A stretch of 64,000 nucleotides of DNA from an uncultured Christensenellaceae bacterium (GCA_964391805.1 CAYMNK010000004.1:91986-155985), one strand, 5' to 3'. Positions 1 to 8,149 are shown, numbered from the stretch's first letter. Translations and numbers: made by a program. The notes: generated by a model not told the origin, from the letters alone.

Positions 1-121
1 TTCTCTTAGTTTCTTTCTTAGTCAAAATATGGTTCTTACCCATCTTTGCTCTCTTAATCTTTCCGTTCTTGGTAACACGGAAACGTTTTCCAGCACCGGA
101 GTGCGATTTCATTTTTGGCAT
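1..121 (-). CDS. rpmI: 50S ribosomal protein L35 (partial; 3' end lies outside the window)
   Basis: Minus-strand translation from ATG at 121-119 gives [40 protein letters not shown], a typical L35 N-terminus. GGAGG lies upstream. It directly follows infC, as in the infC-rpmI-rplT operon. Confidence 0.9.
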   Translation of the reverse strand, partial: MPKMKSHSGAGKRFRVTKNGKIKRAKMGKNHILTKKETKR

Positions 122-137
122 ATTATTACCTCCGCAA

Positions 138-644
138 TTATTTTTTGTTTTGTAATGCAAGCACCATTCTAATGGTGTTACCCTCTATAACGGGTCCTTG
201 CTCTTTAACGGCATTCTCCATCATGGAGAAGAACTCATTCATTACATTGATTCCCAATTCGGGACGCTTATTCTGACGGCCTTTCATTCTAATAACGACT
301 TTGACCTTATCACCGTTAGAAATAAATTCATTTGCTCTCTTCGCCTTGGTCCTCATATCGTTAGTATCGATGACGATGGAAAGCTGAACCTCTTTGATTT
401 TAATAATCTTTTGATTCTTTTTCGCTTCCTTCTCTTTCTTCTCGGTTTCGTAACGGAATTTGTCATACTGCATCAATTTACAAGTCGGGGTTTGCCCTTG
501 ACCAACCTTAACGAGGTCTAAGCCTACATCCTCGGCAATTTGCAGTGCGCTTTGAATCGACATGACTCCTAAAGATTTACCTTGGGTGTCAATGACCATT
601 ACTTCTCGATCTCTAATTTGATCGTTGATTAGATACTCTTTTAT
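138..644 (-). CDS. infC: translation initiation factor IF-3, probable non-canonical ATA start
   Basis: The ORF-track protein from [27 protein letters not shown]... to the end is typical IF-3 (168 aa). AGGAGG sits 8 nt upstream of ATA at 644-642. The 43 residues upstream in the ORF track are hydrophobic junk that overlaps a terminator hairpin. Confidence 0.85.
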   Translation of the reverse strand: MKEYLINDQIRDREVMVIDTQGKSLGVMSIQSALQIAEDVGLDLVKVGQGQTPTCKLMQYDKFRYETEKKEKEAKKNQKIIKIKEVQLSIVIDTNDMRTKAKRANEFISNGDKVKVVIRMKGRQNKRPELGINVMNEFFSMMENAVKEQGPVIEGNTIRMVLALQNKK

Positions 645-663
645 AAGAAAGTCCTCCTGACAT

Positions 664-693
664 AAAAAATTCGGTAAGCAGACGCTCCCGAAC
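664..693 (-). terminator. Leader hairpin plus U-run just upstream of infC (possible L20-leader-type attenuator)
   Basis: Minus strand reads GGTTCGGGAGCGTCTGCTTACCGAATTTTTT. The stem TTCGG/CCGAA with inner AGC/GCT is followed by a T6 run about 20 nt before the infC SD. Confidence 0.4.
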
Positions 694-909
694 CAAAACA
701 GAATCCACGCATAATACGTGCAAATATCAATTTTAGAACACAGGAACAACGGAATGTCCAAGGTGAGAATCATCTACTTCGCGAATATAATACCATTAAC
801 AACCATTATTGTCAACGGTTTTTAACCAATTTATTAAAATTTTTTTACATTTTTTGCAATTCACTCACGCTTAACTTTAACCTATAAAGATGAGCCAATT
901 GCAAATATA

Positions 910-2019
910 TTAATTGTTTTTTATCATTTTTGCAATTTGACGCGCAACTTCGCCTGCATCGTCACCTACCATAACTTCGGTATCACATATTTCGGAGTTA
1001 CGATATTCAAAATCGAGAGACATAATTCTTCTGGTCTTATCCTCTATATCGATATCTCTTGATATTATACTCTTTATCGCATCAGTCTTTTCACGATTGA
1101 GAAACACAAGCATTGCCTTATGACGATACAAGTTTTTAAGAGTTAGCGCTCCGCAAATATCTATAGGAATTACGGCTATATTGCCTTTTTCGACAATGGG
1201 AGAAATTTCCTTATCGGAGGTACCGTAATAATGGGAGCTATAAACAGTGGTCTCGATATAATTACCGTCATTCAGTTCGTCAAGAAATTGTTTCTCGGAA
1301 ATAAATCTATACGCATCATCGGTTTCTGCATCTCTTTTAGGTCTTGTGGTAGATGTCAACGGCTTTTCAAACCCTTCTATCAAAGATAGCTCGTTGGCAA
1401 TTTGGTTTTTAAGAGAGCCCGAAGGACCTACTAAACACAAAACACCGCCTGCTTTCAATTCGGGAAATTTTTCACGGAAGGAATTACATGCCATTTTACA
1501 AAGATGTAAAAAATCATCGTAACTGTTAACCGAAAGAAGCCCGGATAAGTTATTATTCCAAGGTTTACGGAACAAAACAGGATACGCAGCCTTAGAATTA
1601 GAAATGTTATGAGCACCGTCATCGAGAATTATATCAAGCGAGATAACGTCTTTTCTCGTACCCAATATAATATTTTGCATAGGTATTTCCGGAAAATCCT
1701 TAATAATTCTTTCGGCTCTCGCACTCATACATTGAGGAGGAACAGCGGTCACTATGAAAACATCGGCAATTTGAGAAAGCTTTCTAACGAATGCTTGTGC
1801 ACCCGGAGTAATCGGCTGAGTACGGACAAATTCCGGATCACCGTATAAAGCAATTCTCTCATCGGCATGTCTACCGACCTTACCCCAACCCTTGATATCC
1901 TCAAGTGTCATCGGTTCTTCGTCGGGATGACGCGCATTGATAATAGATAATGCATAAGAATTACACTCATACAAAGTATCGTCAACATCTAAACCTACTC
2001 TCATTCTATACTTTTTCAT
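910..2019 (-). CDS. Fusion protein: HAD-family 5'(3')-deoxyribonucleotidase-like N-domain plus guanylate-kinase-like C-domain
   Basis: N-terminus has GLDVDDTLYEC (DxDxT HAD motif I). C-terminus has LVGPSGSLKNQ (P-loop-like), TTRPKRDAETDDAYRFIS and YYGT, which are guanylate kinase signatures. GGAG lies about 10 nt upstream of the ATG. Confidence 0.7.
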   Translation of the reverse strand: MKKYRMRVGLDVDDTLYECNSYALSIINARHPDEEPMTLEDIKGWGKVGRHADERIALYGDPEFVRTQPITPGAQAFVRKLSQIADVFIVTAVPPQCMSARAERIIKDFPEIPMQNIILGTRKDVISLDIILDDGAHNISNSKAAYPVLFRKPWNNNLSGLLSVNSYDDFLHLCKMACNSFREKFPELKAGGVLCLVGPSGSLKNQIANELSLIEGFEKPLTSTTRPKRDAETDDAYRFISEKQFLDELNDGNYIETTVYSSHYYGTSDKEISPIVEKGNIAVIPIDICGALTLKNLYRHKAMLVFLNREKTDAIKSIISRDIDIEDKTRRIMSLDFEYRNSEICDTEVMVGDDAGEVARQIAKMIKNN

Positions 2020-2236
2020 TCGCGCTTATCTCCTTATGGAAAAATTATAATATATCTCGTTATCCTTGTCAAGATGTTTGGAAATATTAGAAGTGTAACA
2101 TTCTTACAGTAAATCATCTTTATCAATCGAGACAAATAAAACGTTTAAAAACGATAATAAATATGGTAATAAAATAATACAATAATAAAAAAATGAACAA
2201 AAAAATATTTTTTTTCAAAAACTAATAAAAAAATTG

Positions 2237-2265
2237 TTGCAAAATAATTAAATCTGTGGTATATT
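2237..2265 (+). promoter_or_regulatory. sigmaA-type promoter for the tRNA cluster
   Basis: TTGCAA (2237-2242), exact 17-nt spacer, TATATT (2260-2265). The first tRNA starts at 2280. Confidence 0.55.
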
Positions 2266-2279
2266 AAACCTACACGTAT

Positions 2280-2354
2280 GCGGGAGTGGCTCAGTGGTAG
2301 AGCGCTGCCTTGCCAAGGCAGATATCGCGGGTCCGAATCCCGTCTCCCGCTCCA
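2280..2354 (+). tRNA. tRNA-Gly (anticodon GCC), CCA encoded
   Basis: Hand-folded cloverleaf: acceptor GCGGGAG/CTCCCGC, anticodon stem CTGCC/GGCAG, loop TTGCCAA. The T-loop is an unusual TCCGAAT. Confidence 0.85.
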
Positions 2355-2360
2355 CTACGT

Positions 2361-2434
2361 GGCGACATCGCCAAGCGGTAAGGCTCGGGTCTGCAAAACC
2401 CTTATCCCCAGTTCGAGTCTGGGTGTCGCCTCCA
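2361..2434 (+). tRNA. tRNA-Cys (anticodon GCA), CCA encoded
   Basis: Acceptor GGCGACA/TGTCGCC, anticodon loop CTGCAAA, T-arm CCCAG-TTCGAGT-CTGGG, discriminator U. Confidence 0.85.
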
Positions 2435-2438
2435 AAAA

Positions 2439-2524
2439 GCCGAAGTGGCGGAATGGCAGACGCAAGGGATTTAAAATCCCTCGTAGGCAACTATGTGCGG
2501 GTTCGAGTCCCGCCTTCGGCACCA
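2439..2524 (+). tRNA. tRNA-Leu (anticodon TAA), class II long variable arm, CCA encoded
   Basis: Acceptor GCCGAAG/CTTCGGC, anticodon stem AGGGA/TCCCT with loop TTTAAAA, long variable arm, T-arm GCGGG-TTCGAGT-CCCGC. Confidence 0.85.
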
Positions 2525-2528
2525 GAAA

Positions 2529-2554
2529 AAGGCACGCGAAAGCGTGCCTTTTTC
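2529..2554 (+). terminator. Rho-independent terminator of the tRNA cluster
   Basis: AAGGCACGC-GAAA-GCGTGCCTT followed by a T-run. Confidence 0.8.
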
Positions 2555-2562
2555 AATTAAAT

Positions 2563-2630
2563 CCGCTTTCGCGGAATAAATCCACTGGAGGGGATGAAAT
2601 CGCTATGCGATGAAATCTTGCTTCGCAAAG
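2563..2630 (+). repeat. Tandem mini-hairpin array (4 short hairpins separated by ATGAAAT/AATAAAT linkers)
   Basis: CCGC-TTTC-GCGG, aataaat, CCACTGGAGGGG (imperfect), atgaaat, CGC-TAT-GCG, atgaaat, TTGC-TTC-GCAA. Same grammar as the arrays at 26.65, 31.3 and 42.55 kb. Confidence 0.6.
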
Positions 2631-2707
2631 TTAAGAATTTTTTTCTATCATCAATTCATTTATAGCTTTAATTTCCTGAAAGAATCTGAAAATTGAATTG
2701 ATTAAAA

Positions 2708-3550
2708 TCATTTTAGGCGTTGTTTCAATGTTGCAAAGCGACAAGCTCTTTTATATGCTTCGGCTATATATGTACTAATATCCATATTATTATAGATATC
2801 GTTATCGTGCCTTAAAGGCTTACTTTTTTTATTTATTTCAAACGTCAAAACATCGTTAAACCCATATTTATTAAGTCTTTTAGCAATATTTTCCCAGTCG
2901 GCTATTCCGTCATACGGTAATAAATGCAAATCATCGAGCCATGTTATCTTGCCATCAAAATCTCTTATCCCGAGATTATCGTTAAGATGAACATAGAATA
3001 ATTTTTCACCATATAAATCTAATAAGTTCCGACTGTGATTATAGCACATTTCGTGACCTGTATCCCAACAAAAACCAACATTGTAATTATTTTTAAAACG
3101 ATTCATTATTGCGGACAAATATTCTTCGCCTTCTGTATTCTCAAATGCAATTTTAATTCCTAACGCAGTTGCCCTATCTACAATTTTAGCAATATTTTGT
3201 AAACCGTACTCTGTCGGTGAATGCTCCTCAAACCCTATGAATGCATGCATTACAACTATAGGAACCCCTACCTTTTTAGCTTCATCAATACATTCTAATA
3301 GTTCATTTATCGCATCATTTGTATTTTCATTATATGTCCATAACGAATTCATCTTTTCAAAAGGTGCATGAATAGAATGAAAAATCATTCCGTTTTCGTC
3401 GGCAACTTTTTTTAGTACAGATAAGTCTTTTCCTTTTTCGTATTGTGCGAAAAACGCACCGAATCCGCATTTTTTTAATAGCTTTATTTGCTCAATTTCA
3501 TCAATATCGAATTGACTGCTTATATTTAAACAAAACACTTGATTCCACAT
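2708..3550 (-). CDS. Sugar phosphate isomerase/epimerase family protein (xylose-isomerase-like TIM barrel)
   Basis: Length and motifs are typical of the family: HAPF, VVMHA, FENTEG, WDTGHE, HLNDN. Confidence 0.6.
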   Translation of the reverse strand: MWNQVFCLNISSQFDIDEIEQIKLLKKCGFGAFFAQYEKGKDLSVLKKVADENGMIFHSIHAPFEKMNSLWTYNENTNDAINELLECIDEAKKVGVPIVVMHAFIGFEEHSPTEYGLQNIAKIVDRATALGIKIAFENTEGEEYLSAIMNRFKNNYNVGFCWDTGHEMCYNHSRNLLDLYGEKLFYVHLNDNLGIRDFDGKITWLDDLHLLPYDGIADWENIAKRLNKYGFNDVLTFEINKKSKPLRHDNDIYNNMDISTYIAEAYKRACRFATLKQRLK

Positions 3551-3709
3551 AATGATATCTCCAACTTAAATGCTTTTTATATTAACATAACGGTAATAAA
3601 ACTATAATGTAAACATTTACTGCAAAACTAATTTAACATAAAAAAAGAGCACCAATATTTCAATTATATTTAATAATCATATGATGCTCCATAATATCAA
3701 AACGCTATT

Positions 3710-5326
3710 TTATTCCATTACTATATCGTAGAAATAGTGTGATTGTCCACCGTCGTAGGTCATAACCTCAAGATCGGGATAAGCTTCTTCGATTGCCTCT
3801 ACCATAGCATCACATTCTTCTTCACTGACATCCTTACCGCGATATAATGTAATAATATCAACATCCTCGGTCCCGAATTTACCGACCAAGTCAACAAGCA
3901 CTTTTTGAATATTGTCGCCCGTTGTAAGAAGTTTCTTTTCGGATAAACCGATATAATTACCCTCTCTAACTCTCAATCCATTCATAATAACGCTTCTAAC
4001 CGCCTTAGTTACCGAACCGAACTTGAAGTCTTGGATTGCGGACATCATTCTATCGGCATTTCTTTCTGCAGAATCATCCGGTTTAAATTCGACCATGGCG
4101 GATAATCCTGCTTGGACGCATTCGGTAGGTATTACAACGCAATGTTTTTCGGAAACGTCGGCTGCTTGAATGGCTGCCAACAAAATATTTTTATTATTTG
4201 GTAATATAAGTATGTTATCGGCATTAACACGACGAATTGCAATATTAAAATCGTCAACGCTCGGGTTCATCATTTGTCCGCCTTCTACTATATAATCTAC
4301 ATTCATAGACTTATAGAGTTCGCTATATCCGGCACCCGAACATACGGCAATAACACCCAAAGGCTTCTTTTCTGCTTCACGTTTAGCAATAAGTGCTCTA
4401 TGTTGGATAAGCATATTTTCGATTTTAACCTTATCCAATTCACCCAATTCTACTGCGTAACCGAGGGCTTTACCGGGAGTATTGGTATGTACATGTACTT
4501 TGATTAACGACAAATCGCCGATGCAAATCAAACTATCACCGATATTGGATAGTTTTTCGCGAAGTTTCTCGATATCGGCTGTAGTTGTTTTAGGATAAAT
4601 ATTTGTGATAAAGAATTCGGTACAGTAGGCAAATCTAATATCTTCTAACTCGTCGAGATCGGGATCGACAACCTCTACCGACTCGGCTTTTTCTTCGGTA
4701 AATTCGATTTCTTCACCGGCGATAATCTTACGCATACCGTCGAGAACACAAATTAAACCATAACCGCCGGCATCCACAACGCCTGCCTTTTTAAGCACAG
4801 GAAGCATATTAGGCGTTTGGTTAAGAATATCTCTACCTAATGAAATAACATTTTCAAAAAACTTTTCAAACGATGTATTACGGTTAATCAAGGGGAATAT
4901 GTCCTCCGAAATAACTCTGATAACCGTCAATATTGTACCCTCTTTAGGTTTAGCAACTGCACCGTAAGCAGTCTTAGCGCCATTTTTGATAGCAACGGCG
5001 AAATCTCTCGGGGTAATATCCTCTTTATCTTGTAAACTTGTACAAATACCTTTAAAAATTTGACTAAGAATAACACCGCTATTACCGCGAGCACCACGCA
5101 AGGAACCCTTGGTTACACAATCACATACGTTAGCAATGGTAACATCTTGTAATTGTTCTAATTCACGAGCGGCTGCCTGAGCCGTCATTGTCATATTAGT
5201 ACCGGTATCGCCGTCGGGAACCGGGAAAACGTTTAACGAATCGACATAAGCCTTATTAGCATTAAGGTTCATGTATCCACCGACAAATATATTTTTTAAT
5301 AACTCACTATCCAATGTAATAATCAT
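3710..5326 (-). CDS. yloV: DAK2/DhaL-domain fusion protein YloV
   Basis: N-terminal NVFPVPDGDTGTNM DhaL motif and 538 aa length. It follows the asp23-like yloU and lies divergent from rpmB, as in Bacillus. Confidence 0.85.
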   Translation of the reverse strand: MIITLDSELLKNIFVGGYMNLNANKAYVDSLNVFPVPDGDTGTNMTMTAQAAARELEQLQDVTIANVCDCVTKGSLRGARGNSGVILSQIFKGICTSLQDKEDITPRDFAVAIKNGAKTAYGAVAKPKEGTILTVIRVISEDIFPLINRNTSFEKFFENVISLGRDILNQTPNMLPVLKKAGVVDAGGYGLICVLDGMRKIIAGEEIEFTEEKAESVEVVDPDLDELEDIRFAYCTEFFITNIYPKTTTADIEKLREKLSNIGDSLICIGDLSLIKVHVHTNTPGKALGYAVELGELDKVKIENMLIQHRALIAKREAEKKPLGVIAVCSGAGYSELYKSMNVDYIVEGGQMMNPSVDDFNIAIRRVNADNILILPNNKNILLAAIQAADVSEKHCVVIPTECVQAGLSAMVEFKPDDSAERNADRMMSAIQDFKFGSVTKAVRSVIMNGLRVREGNYIGLSEKKLLTTGDNIQKVLVDLVGKFGTEDVDIITLYRGKDVSEEECDAMVEAIEEAYPDLEVMTYDGGQSHYFYDIVME

Positions 5327-5344
5327 ACTTTATCCCTTACTGAC

Positions 5345-5695
5345 TTATTCCACCACGTCTACAATATAAACATTAACATGCTTAACAACCATACCTGTAA
5401 AATTCTCTACAGAATACTTAATCGTTGATTGTAAAGACTGAGAAACGGCATTAGCTGAAATACCACCCTTAATCTCTGCATAAACGTCAATATAAATATT
5501 GTGATCTACACAAGTAACCTTAACACCCTTAGTATTGGATGCACTACGAAATGCGGAAGCTAATATGTCGGTCAATCGGCGCGAAACCAAATTAACGACG
5601 CCCGGACATTCCATAGCGACGTTATGTGCAATCATTACTACCGCATCGTCCGATACGGTAATCTTACCATACGCATTACTTGTTTTAACAGCCAT
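5345..5695 (-). CDS. yloU: Asp23/Gls24 family envelope stress protein (YloU-like)
   Basis: 116-aa Asp23-family sequence (ITVSDDAVVMIAHNVAMECPGV...). Conserved position upstream of yloV. Confidence 0.8.
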   Translation of the reverse strand: MAVKTSNAYGKITVSDDAVVMIAHNVAMECPGVVNLVSRRLTDILASAFRSASNTKGVKVTCVDHNIYIDVYAEIKGGISANAVSQSLQSTIKYSVENFTGMVVKHVNVYIVDVVE

Positions 5696-5933
5696 AATTT
5701 ATCTCTATATAGTATTTTTGAATAAAAACATTAATTCTTATTCATATTAATAATACTATATAAGTTGAGATTTTGCAAGTTTTTTCTTCTAATGGAGTGA
5801 AAAAATAGTGAAAAATAATTATTTTTTTTGAAAATATGAAAAATAACTAAAAAAATCCCCTCAAAGTTCTTGATTATTTTCACATTAAGTGATAAAATAA
5901 CAAAAGTCAAAAATCCTTTGGAGGTATTTAATC

Positions 5934-6140
5934 ATGTCAAGAGTTTGCAGCGTTTGTGGAAAAAGCAAGATGGGTGGTAATACTGTTAGCCACAGTAACC
6001 GCAAGGCTCCCCGTCAATGGAATGCTAACGTGCAAAAGGTAAAAGTCGTTTCCGATAACGGTACCGTTTCCAGCGAATACGTTTGTTCAAGATGTCTTCG
6101 TAGCGGTAAAGTTGCAAGAGCGACAAAGGTTTCCGAATAG
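5934..6140 (+). CDS. rpmB: 50S ribosomal protein L28
   Basis: MSRVCSVCGKSKMGGNTVSHSNRKAPRQWNANVQKVKV is typical L28. GGAGG lies upstream. Confidence 0.9.
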   Translation: MSRVCSVCGKSKMGGNTVSHSNRKAPRQWNANVQKVKVVSDNGTVSSEYVCSRCLRSGKVARATKVSE

Positions 6141-6160
6141 TTTACTAATTGCAATCGTTT

Positions 6161-6196
6161 GGCTGTTGTCATTCTTTTTTGACGACAGCCTTTTTT
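6161..6196 (+). terminator. Rho-independent terminator after rpmB
   Basis: GGCTGTTGTC...GACGACAGCC followed by T6. Confidence 0.7.
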
Positions 6197-6266
6197 CGTA
6201 AATAAAATCAATTTTTGTTATTGACCTATTGCAATTAATCCGTTATAATTATTTAAAGGGAGTTAT

Positions 6267-7169
6267 ATGGAACTAATAACTATAAACAGTTTTGACGGCA
6301 CTCCGTTGCGTGTGCGTATATGGAAGGAGGTAGTTTCACCTATTGGAATCGTGCAGATATCTCACGGTATTTTTGAGCATAGCGAAGTATATTCCGATTT
6401 AGCCGAAAAACTTCAGTCACAAGGTTTTATAGTCTTCTGTAACGACCATAGAGGCTTAGGGCTTACCGAATCGACAGACGGATTAGGTTATCATGACGGA
6501 GATATTTTCGAGGATTCGGTAAACGATTTGATTTTTTTAAGCAGATATTTCAAAAGAGAATTCAATCTCCCCTGCTTCATTTTCGGTCACGAATACGGGA
6601 GTTTTCTCACTCAAACACTATTGGCTCGAGGAATCGAATATAAGGGCGTTATTCTATCGGGTTCAGCCTATGTAAACACATCCGATTATAAGACAAAACA
6701 CCTCTTTTACAGTTTAATAAACAAAAAGAATAGGTCTCAACTTTTAGCAATTTCTAATAAACGTAAATTGAATTCCTATTACGCAAAAGAGAAAGGTGAC
6801 CATTTATGGATTACATCTAATGAGCAAGTGAGAGCAAAGTTTGCAGATGATCCGCTCTGTAATGCAGTACTTAGCGGTAACTTCTATTCGAGTTTATTCA
6901 AAGGCTTAACTACCCTATCTCCGAAAAATATAAAGGATAAAGCGAACATTACAACTCCTATTGCGATTTTTTCGGGACGGAAAGACCCGATTGGCGGACG
7001 ACTCGCTTCTAAGGTAATCAAATTATATAAGTTATACAAAAAGATTGGATACAAAACGGTTCGTTTGTTTATATACGAAAAGTCAAGAAATCGTTTTTTG
7101 AGCGAAACGGATCGTGATGTTTATATGAAACATTGTATCACGTTTATCAATAGATGTTTTAAAGGATAA
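6267..7169 (+). CDS. Alpha/beta hydrolase fold protein (lysophospholipase/monoglyceride-lipase-like), nucleophile elbow reads GHEYG
   Basis: HG..EHS..Y and DHRGLG family motifs are present. The nucleophile elbow is FIFGHEYGS instead of GHSxG. An SD lies upstream. Confidence 0.7.
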   Translation: MELITINSFDGTPLRVRIWKEVVSPIGIVQISHGIFEHSEVYSDLAEKLQSQGFIVFCNDHRGLGLTESTDGLGYHDGDIFEDSVNDLIFLSRYFKREFNLPCFIFGHEYGSFLTQTLLARGIEYKGVILSGSAYVNTSDYKTKHLFYSLINKKNRSQLLAISNKRKLNSYYAKEKGDHLWITSNEQVRAKFADDPLCNAVLSGNFYSSLFKGLTTLSPKNIKDKANITTPIAIFSGRKDPIGGRLASKVIKLYKLYKKIGYKTVRLFIYEKSRNRFLSETDRDVYMKHCITFINRCFKG

Positions 7170-7175
7170 AGAAAA

Positions 7176-7207
7176 AAACGGACTTTATGAAGTGGTCCGT
7201 TTTTTTG
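7176..7207 (+). terminator. Rho-independent terminator after the hydrolase gene
   Basis: ACGGAC-11 nt loop-GTCCGT followed by T7. Confidence 0.65.
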
Positions 7208-7228
7208 TGATTTTTTGATTGATTTTTT

Positions 7229-7605
7229 CGTCCGCAAGATACCAAATTGTTGCACAATTTGATTCTCGCTACGCTCGAATTTCGACTTCGCTCAGTATGA
7301 CGGCGGACGAATTGTTCAATATGATGAGGACGGACGCAAACTCTTGTCTTTATGCGGATTTTAGATTCCGATGCTACGCATCGCCCTACGGGTTCGACTA
7401 CGTGTTTCACACTTCGCTCAGTATGACATTTGATGGTGCAGTGCTATTTAAAGTTTCGCTCAGTATGACATAATAGGCAAAAAAAGTTGGTACATAATAA
7501 AAAGCAAGTGCAATGACTTGCTTTTGGCGGGCGATTATTAATCGCCCCTACATTTTTGCAATATATTATTTACTTTTTTGTCAAAGAAATATGCATTATG
7601 ACATG
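7229..7605 (+). repeat. Mosaic intergenic repeat locus R1 (type-2 unit, type-1 unit, extra motif, double-hairpin module, tail module)
   Basis: Type-2 unit at 7229-7311 is closed by CGTCCGC/GCGGACG. Type-1 unit spans 7354-7440. CAGTATGAC occurs at 7293, 7419 and 7461. The double hairpin at 7499-7548 is shared with 37.78 and 58.0 kb. Confidence 0.85.
7494..7524 (-). terminator. Rho-independent terminator of the nth-obg-yhbY transcription unit, embedded in the repeat module
   Basis: Minus strand: AAAGCAAGT-CATTGC-ACTTGCTTT followed by TTATTAT. It lies about 110 nt downstream of the yhbY stop. Confidence 0.65.
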
Positions 7606-7632
7606 TTTTCTTTGCTTTGTTTTTATGTTCTA

Positions 7633-8130
7633 TTATTTCTTGCCGTATCTTTTACCGTTTTTGTACACGGTTACACCATTTTTCTTTTCTGGCGCATAGG
7701 CTTGTCTTGCTTTTTTCTTTGATAACTTACCACCTTCATTGGCAGATTTGCTGAAACGCTTATCAAAATGAGTTTTTATCTTCTTTTTAGGCTCCGCATT
7801 CTTGGGTTGAGCTTTTACTTCGGGCTTAGGATTACCGCTATAATCGATATGCTCGATACCTTCCTTATCGCTTCTTCTATAAATAATAAGTTTACTACCT
7901 ATTGCATGAATGGGCTCTGCAGATAATTTTTCACACAAAATATTGATGCACTCTTTTGCGGTAAAATCAGAGTTTCTTTGCACCCCTATTTTAATCAATT
8001 CGTGATCAAAAAGCATCTCGTCAATTTGGGCAATTACAGACTCTGTAATGCCGTATTTACCTATATAAACTGTCGGATTCAACTTATTAGCTAAAGCCAA
8101 CAAATTACTTCTTTCCTTACTATTCAACAT
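7633..8130 (-). CDS. yhbY: YhbY/CRM-domain RNA-binding protein with Lys-rich C-terminal extension
   Basis: N-terminal about 97 aa match the YhbY pattern (SKERSNLLALANKLNPTVYIGKYGITESV...). A strong AGGAGG lies upstream. Confidence 0.8.
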   Translation of the reverse strand: MLNSKERSNLLALANKLNPTVYIGKYGITESVIAQIDEMLFDHELIKIGVQRNSDFTAKECINILCEKLSAEPIHAIGSKLIIYRRSDKEGIEHIDYSGNPKPEVKAQPKNAEPKKKIKTHFDKRFSKSANEGGKLSKKKARQAYAPEKKNGVTVYKNGKRYGKK

Positions 8131-8149
8131 AATACTCCTCCTTAGTTCG

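Noticed and set aside
645-773. N-terminal 43 codons of the 211-aa infC ORF
   Set aside because: The stretch is hydrophobic with no IF-3 similarity, and it spans the leader terminator hairpin. IF-3 homology and the SD point to the ATA start at 644.
2248-2613. Three ORFs overlapping the tRNA cluster (2248-2490 -, 2278-2613 +, 2294-2560 +)
   Set aside because: The region folds into three canonical tRNAs plus a terminator. The ORFs are by-products of GC-rich tRNA sequence.
7159-7473. ORF-track ORFs 7219-7473 (+) and 7159-7410 (-), about 83 aa each
   Set aside because: They lie entirely inside repeat locus R1 and have no SD. Their peptide repeats (SLSMT) are translations of the recurring CGCTCAGTATGAC word. 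Equivalent pseudo-ORFs appear at other repeat loci in different frames.
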